This document shows, in pieces, positions 13,361-26,500 of a stretch of 64,000 bases of DNA. Location: NCBI RefSeq assembly GCF_044704955.1, contig NC_091982.1:23746001-23810000 (forward strand), given 5' to 3'. The stretch comes from Pristiophorus japonicus. Its lineage: Eukaryota. The notes under the pieces are model-generated. The model was not told where the DNA came from, did not search any database, and saw only the letters and a program-made list of their open reading frames with translations. The translations under genes were made by a program, and so were the position numbers. The stretch's first letter is position 1; every line of letters starts with the position of its first letter.

Positions 13361-14745
13361 AAATATTTGCCGTTGGGAGTTTTGTGGACCAGATGAAGCA
13401 AATGTGAATTTGCTTTTTGAATTTGATGATAAACAACGGTGTCAAATGGTTCACCTGATCTTTTTAAAGTCCAAGTCAGGCTGAAACATACTAATTATAC
13501 TTTATTCATGAATATAAATATAGTCATAAATAACAATGTTTTATGATTACATACTTGCGCAATTGCCTTTTTTCCAAAATGTCCATTCCAGGCAATGTGC
13601 AACGTACTTTGTGTTTCAGTATAAAATATATTACTAGGCTTTTCTATCCCTCATAGAAAGAAGCCTATAGATAATAAAAAGCAGGTTACAGGAGAACTAA
13701 TGTTATCTATGGATAATATATACATTTTCTCTTTGAACAGCTTTTGCCAATAGGTTCCTGTTCTGGATGTATTCAACTTTGTTTATCTTGTACTGGCAAC
13801 AGGCTGTCAAGAGCATTAGACTACACAATATCCTATTTGAAAAACCCCAGTTGGCTACTTGTTTTTCTGAGAAGTGTACGAAATGATGGTAAATGTCTGC
13901 TTCAGTATTTACATGTGGATGTCAAAGTGGTCTCTCACTTTCACGTTAATAGAACTTGAATCTCCGAGAATGCAGTGAGTACAGAATATCATACTTCTAC
14001 CATTTGGAGATTGCTGTTGGCATCAGAAGTACAACAAGAGAAAGTGAAAGGGCTGAAATGTTGCTCAAGGCTAAAACTATTTCTCAGGAGATACTGAATC
14101 TGGTTAATGGGGCAGCCAAAAATAAATACATTTCTTGCTCTGTTTCTAGGGCACTACATGAGGATATGGAGGTTTTGCTAGTACAGCCTGTTTGCTTTTC
14201 CACTTTACATTCTGGCAATGTTGATTTGGCCTCTACAAGACAAAAGCTCCTTCAAAAGCTTAGTAGGTTACCTGGTATGGTATCTACCTTAGGAAAATCT
14301 GAACGTTCTATATTCAATTCCCAGTCTCCGAAGTTCGCTTATTTCAGCTGGAGTAGAAGTTAGCTTATTTCAGCTGCTATTAGCCTCAACCAATTGACTG
14401 GCTGGATAGTGTACATGTATAGACGCTAGGTGAGATTGGGTTCGGCTGTGATAGTCTCCATGATCTTTGCGAGCATCCACTGTCTACACTCCTGTCACTT
14501 GATATAAGAGGTTTCCCAGAGTATGTGAAGTTGCACTCTTGAAAGAGTCAGCCTCTTCAGGAGATAAAAATGGGGTCTAAAAAGCATCATGAAGACAGAG
14601 AGACAGCTCTCCTCATGACACCCTTAGTAATGGCTCTGGATTAACTTATGTTTCATATTCATGGGTGTAAATAGAGTGGATTGGTTATCTATGACATTGA
14701 GAGGTGGGAACTGGCTTATATGGAGCATAAGAATATAAACATAAG

Positions 14746-14957
14746 TGTTGTGTATCTGTAAAACATGCACTCCCATGTTCCACCACCAGGGAGCACATCC
14801 CCTGAAGTCCCAAGGGATCCCAGCATCCCTTGGGAGCACTCCTATATAAGCCAGCCCCGAAGGCCTGTTCCTGACTCTGGAATGTCTTAACAAACACTGG
14901 GGTCACTGTTACTTTAACCTCCCAGTGTGCAGTTCCATCTGTGTTAGGAACACAATA
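14746..14957 (+). repeat. 5' LTR of element B
   Basis: TGTTGTGT...ACACAATA; TATATAA; roughly 10% different from the 3' LTR by eye count. Confidence 0.97.
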
Positions 14958-14989
14958 ACTGGCGACGAGTATACGAATCCAACGCAAAG

Positions 14990-17900
14990 ATGCAGCAAAC
15001 TGTGGGCATCCTGGAGAAATTCTCGGAGGGTGAGGACTGGGAAGCCTATGTTGAATGGCTAGACCAGTACTTTGTAGCCAACGAGCTGGACGGAGAAGGA
15101 AGCGCTGCAAAAAGGAGAGCGGTCCTCCTCATGGTCTGCGGGGCACCGACCTACAGCCTCATGAAGAATCACCTGGCTCTGGTGAAACCCACAGATAAGT
15201 CATATGAGGAGTGTGTACACAGGTTCGGGAGCATCTTATCCTGAGGTAGAGCGTGCTGATGGCAAGGTATCGGTTCTACACGTGCCAGCGATCTGAAGGT
15301 CAGGAAGTGGTGAGCTACGTCGCCGAGCTAAGGCGACTTGCAGGACAATGTGAGTTTGATGCCAACCTGGAACAGATGCTCAGAGACTTTTTTGTACTGG
15401 GCATTGGCCATGAGACCATCCTACGAAAACTTTTGATTGTAGAGACACCGATACTCAGTAAGGCCATTGCGATAGCACAAGCATTTATGTCCACCAGTGA
15501 TAACACCAAACAAATCTCTCAGCACACAAGTGCTAGCAATGTTCATAAATTAACTGGAACTGTGTTTGCGAGCAGAAATGTACAGGGCAGAAACCATGAG
15601 TCTGCAACTGCCAGCAGGCCTCAGGTGACCCAGATGACTCAGAGTCCGCAACAAAGGATGAATGCAAGGCAAGTCACACCTTGTTGGCATTGTGGAGGCT
15701 TCCATTCAGCCTATTCATGCGGCTTCAAAGGGTATGTTTACAAGAGCTGTGGAACAATGGGGCACCTCCAACGAGCTTGCAGACGAGCTGCAAGCTCTGC
15801 AAACCTGCTAACCATCACGTGGCAAAGGAAGATCGGTCCATGGTGGATCAAAGCAATTTCGAGCCTCAGAGAGATGTCGCAGCTGCTGCAGTACACGGGG
15901 TGCACACATTTTTGATGAAATGTCCACCTATAATGTTAAATGTATTATTGAATGGCTTACCCGTAGCCATGGATCTGGACACTGGTGCTAGCCAATCCAT
16001 CATTGGTAAAAAGATGTTTGAGAGACTGTGGTGCAACAAGGCACTCAGACCAGCCCTGAGCCCCATCCACACGAAACTGAGAACGTACACCAAAGAGCTC
16101 ATCACTGTCCTGGGCAGCGCCATGGTCAAGGTCACCTACGAGGGCACGGTGCACGAACTGCCACTCTGGATTGCCCCGGGCGATGGCCCCACACTGCTTG
16201 GAAGGAGCTGGCTGCGCAAAATCTGCTGGAACTGGGATTACATCTGAGTGCTATCACATGTCGATGAGGCCTCATGTACCCAGGTTCTGAACAAATTTGC
16301 TTCCTTTTTGAGCCAGGCATTGGAAACTTTTCTGGGGCGAAGGTGCGGATCCATTTGGTCCCAGAGGCACGACCCATTCACCACAAGGTGCGAACTTTAC
16401 CTCACATGATGAGGGAGAGCTGGAAATCGAGCTGGACAGACTGCAACACGAGGGCATCATCTCCCCAGTGGAATTCAGCGAGTGGGCCAGCCCAATTGTT
16501 CCAGTACTCAAAAGTGATGACACGGTCACGATTTGCGGCGATTATAAAGTAACTATTAATCGTTTCTCGCTACAGGACCAAGACCCGCTACCTAAGGCAG
16601 ACGATCTATTTGTGACACTGGCAGGAGGCACGACATTCACCAAGCTCGACCTGACTTCGGCCTACATGACACAGGAGCTGGAGGACTCTTCAAAGGGCCT
16701 CATCTGCATCAACACGCACAAGGGACTGTTCATCTACAACAGATGCCCGTTTGGAACTCGGTCGGCTGCAGCGATTTTCCAGAGAAACGTGGAGAGTCTA
16801 CTCAAGTTGGTACCACGCACGATGGTTTTTCAGGATGACATAGTGGTCACGGGTCGGGACACCATTGAGCACCTACAAAACTTGGAGGAGGTCCTCCAGC
16901 GACTGGATCACGTAGGGCTGCAGCTGAAGAGGTCGAAACTTGTCTTCATGGCAACAGAAGTGGAGTTTTTGGGGAGAAAGATCGCGGCGGATGGCATTCG
17001 GCCCACAGACGCCAAGACAGAGGCTATCAGGAAAGCACCCAGGCCACAGAACGTCACGGAGCTGCAGTCGTTCCTGGGACTCCTCAATTATTTTGGTAAC
17101 TTCCTACCGGCGTTAAGCACCCTTTGAGAGCCCCTACATGTGTTATTGCATAAGGTGAGAACTGGGTATGGGGAAAAACCAATTAATTGCTTTTGAGAAA
17201 GCCAGAAACATTTTAAGCTCCATCAAGCTGCTTGTATTGTATAAGCCGTGTAAAATACTTGTGCTAGCATGTGATGCGTCGTCGTACGTAGTCGGGTGTG
17301 TACTACAACAAGCTAATGTTGCGGGGAAGTTGCAACTTGTTGCCTATGCCTCCAGGAGCTTGTCTAAGGCCGAGAGGGCCTACAGCATGATTGAGAAAGA
17401 GACATTAGCGTGTGTGTTTGGGGTAAAGAAAATGCATCAGTACCTGTTTGGCCTCAAATTTGAGCTGGAAACCGATCACAAGCCCCTCATATCCCTGTTC
17501 ACGGAAAACAATGGGATAAATACTAATGCCTCAGCCCACATACAAAGGTGGGCACTCGCACTATCAGTGTATAACTATACCATCCGTCACAGGCCAGGCA
17601 CTGAGAACTGTGCGGATGCTCTCAGTCGGCTACCATTGCCCACCACGGGGGTGGAAATGGCGCAGCCTGCAAACTTGTTGATGGTGGCGCAGCCCGCAGA
17701 CTTGTTGATGGTCATAGAAGCATTTGAAAATGATAAATCACCTGTCATGGCCCGCCAGATTAGGACTTGGACCAGCCAACATCCTCTGCTGTCCCTAGTG
17801 AAAAACTGTACTGCATGGAAGCTGGGCTAGCATCCCGGTTGAAATGCAAGAGCTAATCAAGCCGTTCCAGCGGCGAAAGGACGAGCTGTCCATTCAGTCA

Positions 17901-19097
17901 GATTACCTGTTGTGAGGTAACCGCGTAGTGCTACCTAAAAAGGGCAGGGGAGACGTTCATCTCGGATCTCCACAGCACAGACCCGGGTATAGTAATGATG
18001 AAAGTGATAGCCAGATCCCACGTGTGGTGGCCCGGTATCGACTCTGACTTAGAGTCCTGTATACGGCAATGCAGCGTGTGTGCTCAGTTGAGCAATGCGC
18101 CCAGAGAGGCACCACTAAGTTTGTGGTCCTGGCCCTCCAGACCATGGTCGAGGATCCATGTCGACTATGCGGGCCCGATTCTCGGTAAAATGTTCCTGGT
18201 GGTGGTGGATGATTTTTCAAAATGGATTGAATGTGAAATAATGTCGGGAAGCACCGCCACCGCCACCATTGAAAGCCTGAGGGCCATGTTTGTCACCCAC
18301 GGCCTGCCTGACATACTGGTCAGTGACAATGGGCCATGTTTCACCAATGCCGAATTTAAAGAATTCATGACCCGCAATGGGTTCAAACATGTCACCTCGG
18401 CCCCATTTAAACAAGCCTCCAATGGGCGGGCAGAGCGGGCAGTACAAACAATCAAACTGAGCCGTAAACGAGTCACAGAAGGCTCACTCCAAACCCACCT
18501 GTCCCGAGTACTGCTCAGCTACTGCACGAGACCACACTCACTCACAGGAATGCCCCCGGCTGAGCTACTCATGAAAAGGACACTTAAAACCAGACTCTTG
18601 CTGGTTCACCCCAACCTGCATGATCAGGTAGAGGCAGGCGGCAGCAACAAAATGTAAATGATGGTCGTGCCACTATGTCACGGGAAATTGATCTGAATGA
18701 CTCTCTGTATGTGCTCAACTATGGACATGGTCCCATGTGGATCGCGGGCACGGTGATAGCTAAAGAAGGGCGTAAGCTGTTTGTAGTCAAACTAGACAAT
18801 TGACAAATTTGCAGAAAGCACCTGGACCAAACGAGGCTGTGGTTCACAGACTGCCCTGAACAACCCACAGCAGACACCACCTTTTCGAGCCCATAACACG
18901 CACCCAAAGGATCAACGACACCACCCTGGACCAGGAAATTGAACCCATCACGCCCAATAACCCAGCAAGGTCAGGCTCACCCTGCAGGGCCAACAACACA
19001 CCAGCCCAGCGAGGGCACAGCCAACACACCAGAACAGACATTTGTACCGAGGTGGTCCACCAGGGAAAGAAAGGCTCCCAACCGCCTCACCTTGTAA
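14990..19097 (+). pseudogene. gag-pol: gag-pol of element B, disrupted
   Basis: Gag 14990-15915; protease DLDTGAS 15681-16247; RT VFQDD 16468-17127; RNase H CDAS / IEKE / TDHKPL 17168-17830; integrase HVDYAGP...SDNG...NGRAER 17995-18657. Several frameshifts and stops. Confidence 0.95.
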
Positions 19098-19129
19098 ATA
19101 GTTTTCACTTTGACTTTGGGAGGGAGTGA

Positions 19130-19340
19130 TGTTGTGTATCTATAAAGCATGCACTCCCATGTTCCGCCACCAGGGAGCGCATGCCCTGAAGTCCCAAGGG
19201 ATCCCAGTATCCTTTGGGAGCACTGTATATAAGCCGGCCCCTGAGGCCTGTTCCTCACTCTGGAGTGTCTTAATAAAGACTGAGGTCACTGTTACTTTAA
19301 CCTCCCTGTGAGCAGTCTCATCTGTCTTAGGAACACAATA
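19130..19340 (+). repeat. 3' LTR of element B
   Basis: Direct repeat of 14746-14957 with TATATAA and AATAAA, preceded by the PPT. Confidence 0.97.
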
Positions 19341-20685
19341 ATAAGAACATAAGAAATCAGAGCAGGAGTAGGCCATACGACCCCTTGAGCCTGCTGCACC
19401 ATTCAATAAGATCATGGCTGATCTGATCATGGACTCAAGTCCACTTCCCTGCCCGCTCCCTATAATCTCACTTTCCCTTATCGGTTAAGAAACTGTCAAT
19501 CTCTCTCTTAAATACATTCAATGACCCAGCTTCCACAGCTCTCTGAGGCAGCGAATTCCACAGATTTACAACCCTCAGAGAAGAAATTCCTCCTCATCTT
19601 AGTTTTGAATGGGTGGCCCCTTATTCTAAGATTATGCCCCCTAGTTCTCGTCTCCCCCGTCAGTGGAAACATCCTCTCTGCATCCACCTTGTCAAGCCCC
19701 CTCATAATTTTATATGTTTCGATAATATCACCTCTCATTCTTCTGAACTCCAATGAGTAGAGGCCCAACCTACTCAACCTTTCCTCATGTCAACCCCCTC
19801 ATCTCCGGAATCAACTAGTGAGCCTTCTCTGAACTGCCTCCAAAGCAAGTATATTCTTTCTTAACTATGGAAACCAAAACTACACGCAGTATTCTAGGTC
19901 TGGCCTCACCAATACCCTGTACAATTGTTACAAATCATCCCTGTTTCTATACTCCATCCCCTTTGCAATAAAGGCCAAGATTCCATCCTGATCACTTGCT
20001 GTACCTGCATACTAACCTTTTGTGTTTCAAGCACCAGGATCCCCCAGGTCCTGCTGTTCTGCCACACTTTGTAATTTTAATCCATTTAAATAATAACTTG
20101 CTCCTCGATTTTTTTTTTTCTGACAAAGTGCATGACCTCACACTTTCCAACATTATATTCCATCTGCCAAATTTTTGCCCACTCACCTAGCCTATTTATG
20201 TCCATTTGCAGGTTTTTTGTGTCCTTCTCACACATTGCTTTTCCTCCACCTTTGTATCGTCAGCAAACTTGGCTACATTACACGTGGTCCCTTCATCCAA
20301 GGTGTTGATATAGATTGTAAATAGTTGGGGTCCAAGCACTGATCCCTGCTGCACCCCACTAGTTACTGATTGCCAACCAGAGAATTAACCATTTATCCTG
20401 ACACTCTGTTTTCTGTTAGTTAGCCAATTCTCTATCCATGCTAATATATTACCCCCAACCCCGTGAACTTTTATCTTGTGCAGTAACCTTTTATGTGGCA
20501 CCTTGTCAAATGCCTTCTGGAAGTCCAAATACACAACATCCACTGGTTCCCCTTTATCCACCCTGTTCGTTACATCCTCAAAGAATTCCAGCAAATTTGT
20601 CAAACATGACTTCCCCTTCATAAATCTATGCTGATTCTGCCTGACTGAATTATGCTTTTCCAAATGTCCTACTACTGCTTCTGGC
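19341..20685 (-). mobile_element. CR1 LINE 3' fragment; its microsatellite tail (remainder at 14725-14745) was the target of element B
   Basis: RT motifs [13 protein letters not shown] and LGLYSLEFRRMRGD; CATAAGAA tail units on both sides of element B. Confidence 0.93.
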
Positions 20686-21689
20686 ATGGACCAGTTGAGT
20701 CAAATGGCTTGTTTCTGTGCTGTTCTAAGCTATTCAATATAATTCTGTGACATTAACTTTGTCTTCCCCCTGTAGATCAGTTCAAAACTGCTGCATTTAG
20801 ATCCATACTGTTATACAGCTCACACTGCACTTCACAAGCAGCAGCACAGGATGTGATGAATGGGCACTTGCCTGTCATCTCCTGTAGAAATACCTGGGAG
20901 CACTTTCAAAGGTTAGAGAGTAACTAGCTTTGAGATTCTGTCACGTATAATGGAGCAAACTTCATTTAGAGACATCCAGCCTAAAATGGTGCTGAGCTTA
21001 CAATTATATTTTAAAAGCAATCAGCAAAATGTGCTTGACCCAACTCCAACCTTCACTATCTGACATGGTTTATAATTTTAATTGCATTCAGCAATCATCA
21101 CGTATTTTCACCGTTGTCCTGTTAATGCAAATAATTCCACCATAAATAAAATTAATGATGCAGAAGTAAGCTACATCTATATCACCATCAAGTACTCGAG
21201 CACATTTTTATACCTCCGGGACATCATTTTGCATGTCATCCTGCACCTCCAATATGGAAAGAGAATATATTTGCAATATTTCTAAATGTGTTACTGGTAG
21301 TCAGTATTTTAAATACAGGGACACGTTGGCTACCAGCCAAGTTGACAGTTGTATAAACTAGATTTAAGTAGTGAAATACATTTTTATTTAGCGCATCTTA
21401 TAACTAATCATTTCCAGCTGCATTCCTGAAGAATGTCTACAATATTTTAGAAAGATTATTCAAGACGCTTTTCTGAATGTATACCGGGCTTTAAATACTT
21501 AATATACAGAATATGCTGATCGTATTGTTTGTCTGGCTGGTGAAAAATTATGCCAAAACAGCAGATTTGAACTTTTGTGGTATTGTATTCAAATCTACCT
21601 TAATTGCTATTTTGCAAATTGGATACAGGTGAAACAAAATAACCCTAAAGAAGTTAAGTGTCGCAATTAACCCTTCCTTCACAGATAAT

Positions 21690-22035
21690 CTATTGGGTAA
21701 AGATGTTGCCCAGTGATGTACTGCACGAGGCCGCACAGACCAGAGCATCCTCAGCTCAATCCTTGCTCTGTATTGAGTGATCTGACAGGCAGGTGCCACA
21801 ATTAGCTTCAGTGTGCCTGAGCGAGGGGCAGACGGGAAATCATCCAAGATACCTGTTGTTAATTGTTACTCAGTGGCCCACTGGTGGAATATGTGGGTGT
21901 ATGGACAGTAGACTGGATCAGACTCAGCTGTGATGTGTTCTACATTCAGGTACTCACTCTCTGAGCTCATGTGAAGAATGATTATATGGCCAAGGTATTG
22001 AAGAGTTGCTTTTGATGGAGAAACTGTATCCCAAT
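21690..22035 (+). mobile_element. Old SINE (DeuSINE/SacSINE1-like)
   Basis: Diverged similarity to the other three copies in the window. Confidence 0.45.
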
Positions 22036-22563
22036 AATAGTCAGTGCTTTGAGGATGGGAGTAAGGATAATTGGCGTGAGTCGGTAAGAGAAACCTGATC
22101 ATGGTGAAAATAACTTGTTCAGAGGCAGCCCTTCCTGGCTTGATGTGATCCACTTAGTTACATAGACCTTACATTTTTTTCCAGATAGTCTGCTGAAAAG
22201 CGAACTTTGGAGCCATGTAATAATCAATCAAGGACCACGTTGTTTGGAAAGTGTTCTCATTTTCAAAGTTAATGTGAAATCGAAGAGAAAAAAGGCACAT
22301 TGTGGATGAAAAAAGGTTTCGATCATTAGATTTGAAGTGCTCAAAATACAGCGAATGTTTGAGAGAATAAACAGAGGAATATTATCTCCACTTGTGAGAG
22401 AATCAGTCATTTTAGCCAAATAGCCTCTTTCTGTACTTAAATTTCTATGATTGTAGAAACTAAAACTAAAGTTAAAATACTAAGAGTAAGATGATGGAGA
22501 GAATGGGGAAAGAGAATACAGTCCAAAGAGGAAAATGCATTAATTTAACGTTTGGGAGTTAAT

Positions 22564-23284
22564 GGCCCAGAAATTCCGGCCTCCTGGGTCAGCACGGAGT
22601 GTGTACGGAACCGGGAAGCCATCGCAAAAGCCAGTTTTCAGCTGAAAACCGGCTTTTCCGATCGCATCTTGGGAGCGAGGACATTCGCATGGGCATGATT
22701 GCGATATTTACCCATATCTTGCCCAGCGGATGTCCTGAAAACTCTTGCGCCTGATAAAAGCCGGCACGTCGCCTACTTTTACAGTAGTAAGAGTTTTAAA
22801 ACACACTTAAAACATAAAAAATTGAATTAAAAAACACATTTTATTTTTTAAAACCCTGCCCACTATGTTAAATTTATTTTAAAGCATAATTTAAAAAACT
22901 TTTAAAAATCAGAACCATTTTTTTTTATTAATACATAAATAACTTTGATTTAAATTAATGTTAAATATGTAGTGTATTTTTTCTCTTTTTTTATTAATGT
23001 TTTATGTGTTGAGGGGGTTTTCATTCATAATAATGGGAACTCCAACTTACGGAGTTCCTATTATTACGAATGAGAACATACTTTACCTTAATTGGCTGCC
23101 CAGAGCCATGTGACTGCAGCTCCAGCCCTGCGCACGTCCTCACGTGCTTGCGCTGCAATGCGCAGTCAGTGGAGGCCTCAGGATTGGGAACTCGCTTGGG
23201 CGCAGCAGGAACAGGTAGGTGCGCATCTTTTTTCTCTAATCCAGTCGAACGCCCGCGGCAAGGAGAAACCAGGATTTCTGGGCC
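22564..23284. mobile_element. PIF/Harbinger-like MITE, complete
   Basis: TIRs GGCCCAGAAATTCCGG / CCAGGATTTCTGGGCC; 3-bp TSD AAT; AT-rich core. Confidence 0.88.
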
Positions 23285-23334
23285 AATGTTCAACGATCAA
23301 GCTTCAGTGGAACCTTCATCATCCAACATCTCGG

Positions 23335-23503
23335 GCTTGGTAGCATAGTGGTTATGTTACTGGACTAGTAATCCAGAGGCCTGCACTAGTAATCCAGAGG
23401 CCTGGACTAATGATCCAGAGACATGAGTTCAAATCCCACCATGTGGAATTTAAATTCAGCTCATTAAATAAATTCTGGAATTAAAAAGCTAGTTTCGGTA
23501 ATG
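23335..23503 (+). mobile_element. tRNA-derived (Pol III) SINE-type head joined to LINE family B
   Basis: A box TAGCATAGTGG 23341-23351; B box GTTCAAATCC 23427-23436; anticodon-like arms CTGGA-N7-TCCAG. Confidence 0.8.
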
Positions 23504-23507
23504 CATT

Positions 23508-26500
23508 GTCTTGTCTTACCGGCAGGACAAACCCACCAGAGGTGGTGGCACATTGGTATATAATCAGGAGGGAATGGCTCTGGGAGTTCTCAACTTTCAC
23601 TTGGACCTCATGAAGTCTCATGGCTTCAGGTCAAGCATGGGCAAGGAAACCTCCTGCTGATTACCATCCAACACCCTCCCTCAGCTGATGAATCAGTACG
23701 CCTCCATGTTGAACAGTGCTGAGGATAGCAGAAGGGCAGAGAATGTACTCTGGTTGAGGGACTTCAATGTCCATAACCAAGAGTGGCTCGATCGTACCAC
23801 TACTGACTGATCTGGCTGCCAGACTGAGCCTGTGGCAGATGGTAAGAGAACCAAAATTGGGAGAAAAAAAACCTATGATCACGTCCTCTTCAATCTACCT
23901 GTCACAGATCCGTCTGTCCATGACAGCATTGGTAGCAGTGACCACTGCACAGTCCTTGGGGAAACGAAGTCCCATCTTCATACTGAGGACACCCTCCATC
24001 ATGCTGTGTGGCACTGTTACCATGTTAAATGGGATAGATTCAGAACAGATCTGGCAGTTCTAAACTGGGCATCCATGAGGCGCTGTGGATCATCAGCAGA
24101 AACAGAATTGTATTCCACCACAATCTGTAACCTCATTGCCTGGCATATCTTTCACTCTACAATTACCATCAAGCCAGGGGACGAACCCTGGTTCAATAAG
24201 AAGTGCAGAAAAGTATGCCAGGGGCAGCACCAGGTAGACCTAAAAATGAGGTGCCAACCTGGGGAAGCTGCAACACAGGATGACATGCATGCTAAACATC
24301 GGAAGCAGTTTGCAAAAGATGGTGCTATGCGATCCCACAATCAATGGATCAGATCAAAGTTCTGTAGTCCTACCACATCCAGTCGTGAATGGTGGTGGAC
24401 AATTAAACAACTAACAGGAGGAGGAGGCTCTATGACTATCCCCATCCTCAATGATGATGGAGCTCAGCATGCGAGTGCAAAAAAACAAGACTGAAGTGGT
24501 TGCAACCACCTTCAGCCAGAAGTGCTGAGTGGATGATCCATATTGGCCTCTTCCTGAGGTCCCCACCATCACAGAAGCCAGTCTTCAGCCAATTCGATTC
24601 ATTCCACATGATATCAAGAAACGGCTGATTTGACTGGATACAGCAAATGCTATGGACCCTGACAACATCTCAGCTGTCATGCTGAAGACTTGTGTTCCAG
24701 AACCAGCCGCGCCTCTAGCCAAGATGTGCCAATACAGCTACAACACTAGTATCACCCAGACAATGATTAGTGGGAAAGCGTGTTGTGTAGAGGCTGCAAA
24801 GAGATTGAGATAAGTTAAGCGAATGGGCTAAGGTTTGGCAGATGGAATACAATGTCGGAAAATGTGAGGTCATCCACCTTGGAAAAAAAAACAGTAAAAG
24901 GGAATATTATTTGAATGGGGAGAAGTTACAACATGCTGCGGTGCAGAGGGACCTGGGGGTCCTTGTGCATGAATCCCAAAAAGTTAGTTTGCAGGTGCAG
25001 CAGGTAATCAGGAAGGCGAATGGAATGTTGGCCTTCATTGCGAAAGGGATGGAGTACAAAAGCAGGGAGGTCCTGCTGCAACTGTACAGGGTATTGGTGA
25101 GGCTGCACCTGGAGTACTGCGTGCAGTTTTGGTCACCTTACTTAAGGAAGGATATACTAGCTTTGGAGGGGGTACAGAGACGATTCATTAGGATGATTCT
25201 GGAGATAAGGGGGTTACCTTATGATGATAGATTGAGTAGACTGGGTCTTTACTCGTTGGAGTTCAGAAGGATGAGGGGTGATCTTATAGAATAATTTAAA
25301 ATAATGAAAGGGATAGACAAGATAGAGGCAGAGAGGTTGTTTCCACTGGTCGGGGAGACTAGAACTAGGGGGCACAGTCTCAAAATACGGGGGAGCCAAC
25401 TTAAAACCGAGTTGAGAAGGAATTTCTTCTCCCAGAGGATTGTGAATCTGTGGAATTCTCTGCCCAGGGAAGCAGTTGAGGCTAGCTCATTGAATGTATT
25501 CAAATCACAGATAGATAGATTTTTAACCAATAAGGGACTTAAGGGTTATGGGGAGCAGGCGGGTAAGTGGAGCTGAGTCCACGGCCAGATCAGCCATGAT
25601 CTTGTTGAGTGGCAGAGCAGGCTCGAGAGGCTAGATGGCCTACTCCTGTTCCTAATTCTTATCATCTTATAACGTGAAAAACTGCCCAGCTATGTCCTGT
25701 TCGCAAAAAGTAGGACAAATCCAATCCAGTCAATTACGCCCTCTCCCCGCCCCCGCCCATCAGTCTACGCTCGATCATCAGCAAAGTGATGGAAGGTCTT
25801 GTCAGCAGTGTGATCAAGTGGGACTTACTTACCAATAACCTGCTTACTGATGCTCAACTTGGGTTCTGCCAGGACCACTCGGCTCAAGACCTCATTACAG
25901 CCTTGGTCCAAACATAGACAAAAGAGTTGAATTCCAGAGGTGAGGTGGGAGTGACTGCAGTTGACATCAAGGTAGCATTTGACCGAGTGTGGTATCAAGG
26001 AGCTCCAGCAAAATTGAAATCAATGGGAATCAGGGGGAAGATTTTCCACTGGCGGAAATCATACCTACCACAAAGGAAGACGATTGTGGTTCTTGGAGTT
26101 CAATCATCTCAGCCCGAGGACATCGCTGCAGGTGTTCCTCAGGGAACTGTCTGAGGCCCAAACACCTTGAGCTGCTTCATCAATGACCTTCCCCCATCAT
26201 ATGGGCAGAAGTGGGGATGTTCGCTGATGATTGCACATTGTTCAGTTCTATTCGCAAGTCCTCAGAAAATGAAGCAATCCATGCCCGTATGCAACAAGAC
26301 CTGGGCAACATTCAGGCTTGAGCTGGTAAGTGACAAGTAACATTTGCACCACACAAGTGCCAGGCAATGATTATCGCCAACAAGCGAGAGTCTAACCACC
26401 TCCTCCGGACACTCAATGGCATTGTCGAATTCCCCACCATCAACATCTTGGGGGGGAGGGGAGTGAGGGGGGGGGGATGGTCACCATTGACCAGAAACTT

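Larger units (their letters stand above)
14746..19340 (+). mobile_element. Full-length Ty3/Gypsy (Mag-like) LTR retrotransposon B, degenerate
   Basis: LTRs 14746-14957 and 19130-19340; 5-bp TSD ATAAG (14741-14745 / 19341-19345); PBS TGGCGACGAG 14960-14969; PPT GGGAGGGAGTGA 19118-19129; order gag-PR-RT-RH-IN. Confidence 0.98.

Noticed and set aside
13956-14363. 135-aa ORF in unique sequence
   Set aside because: Non-ATG start, no recognisable domain and no convincing splice signals; length is compatible with chance.
15235-15255. Programmed readthrough or frameshift in gag of element B
   Set aside because: Breaks fall at different positions in elements A-D and inside conserved domains, so they are random post-insertion mutations.
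23363-23425. Mini CRISPR-like repeat
   Set aside because: Head-to-tail 21-bp units with no spacers, inside a tRNA-derived head.
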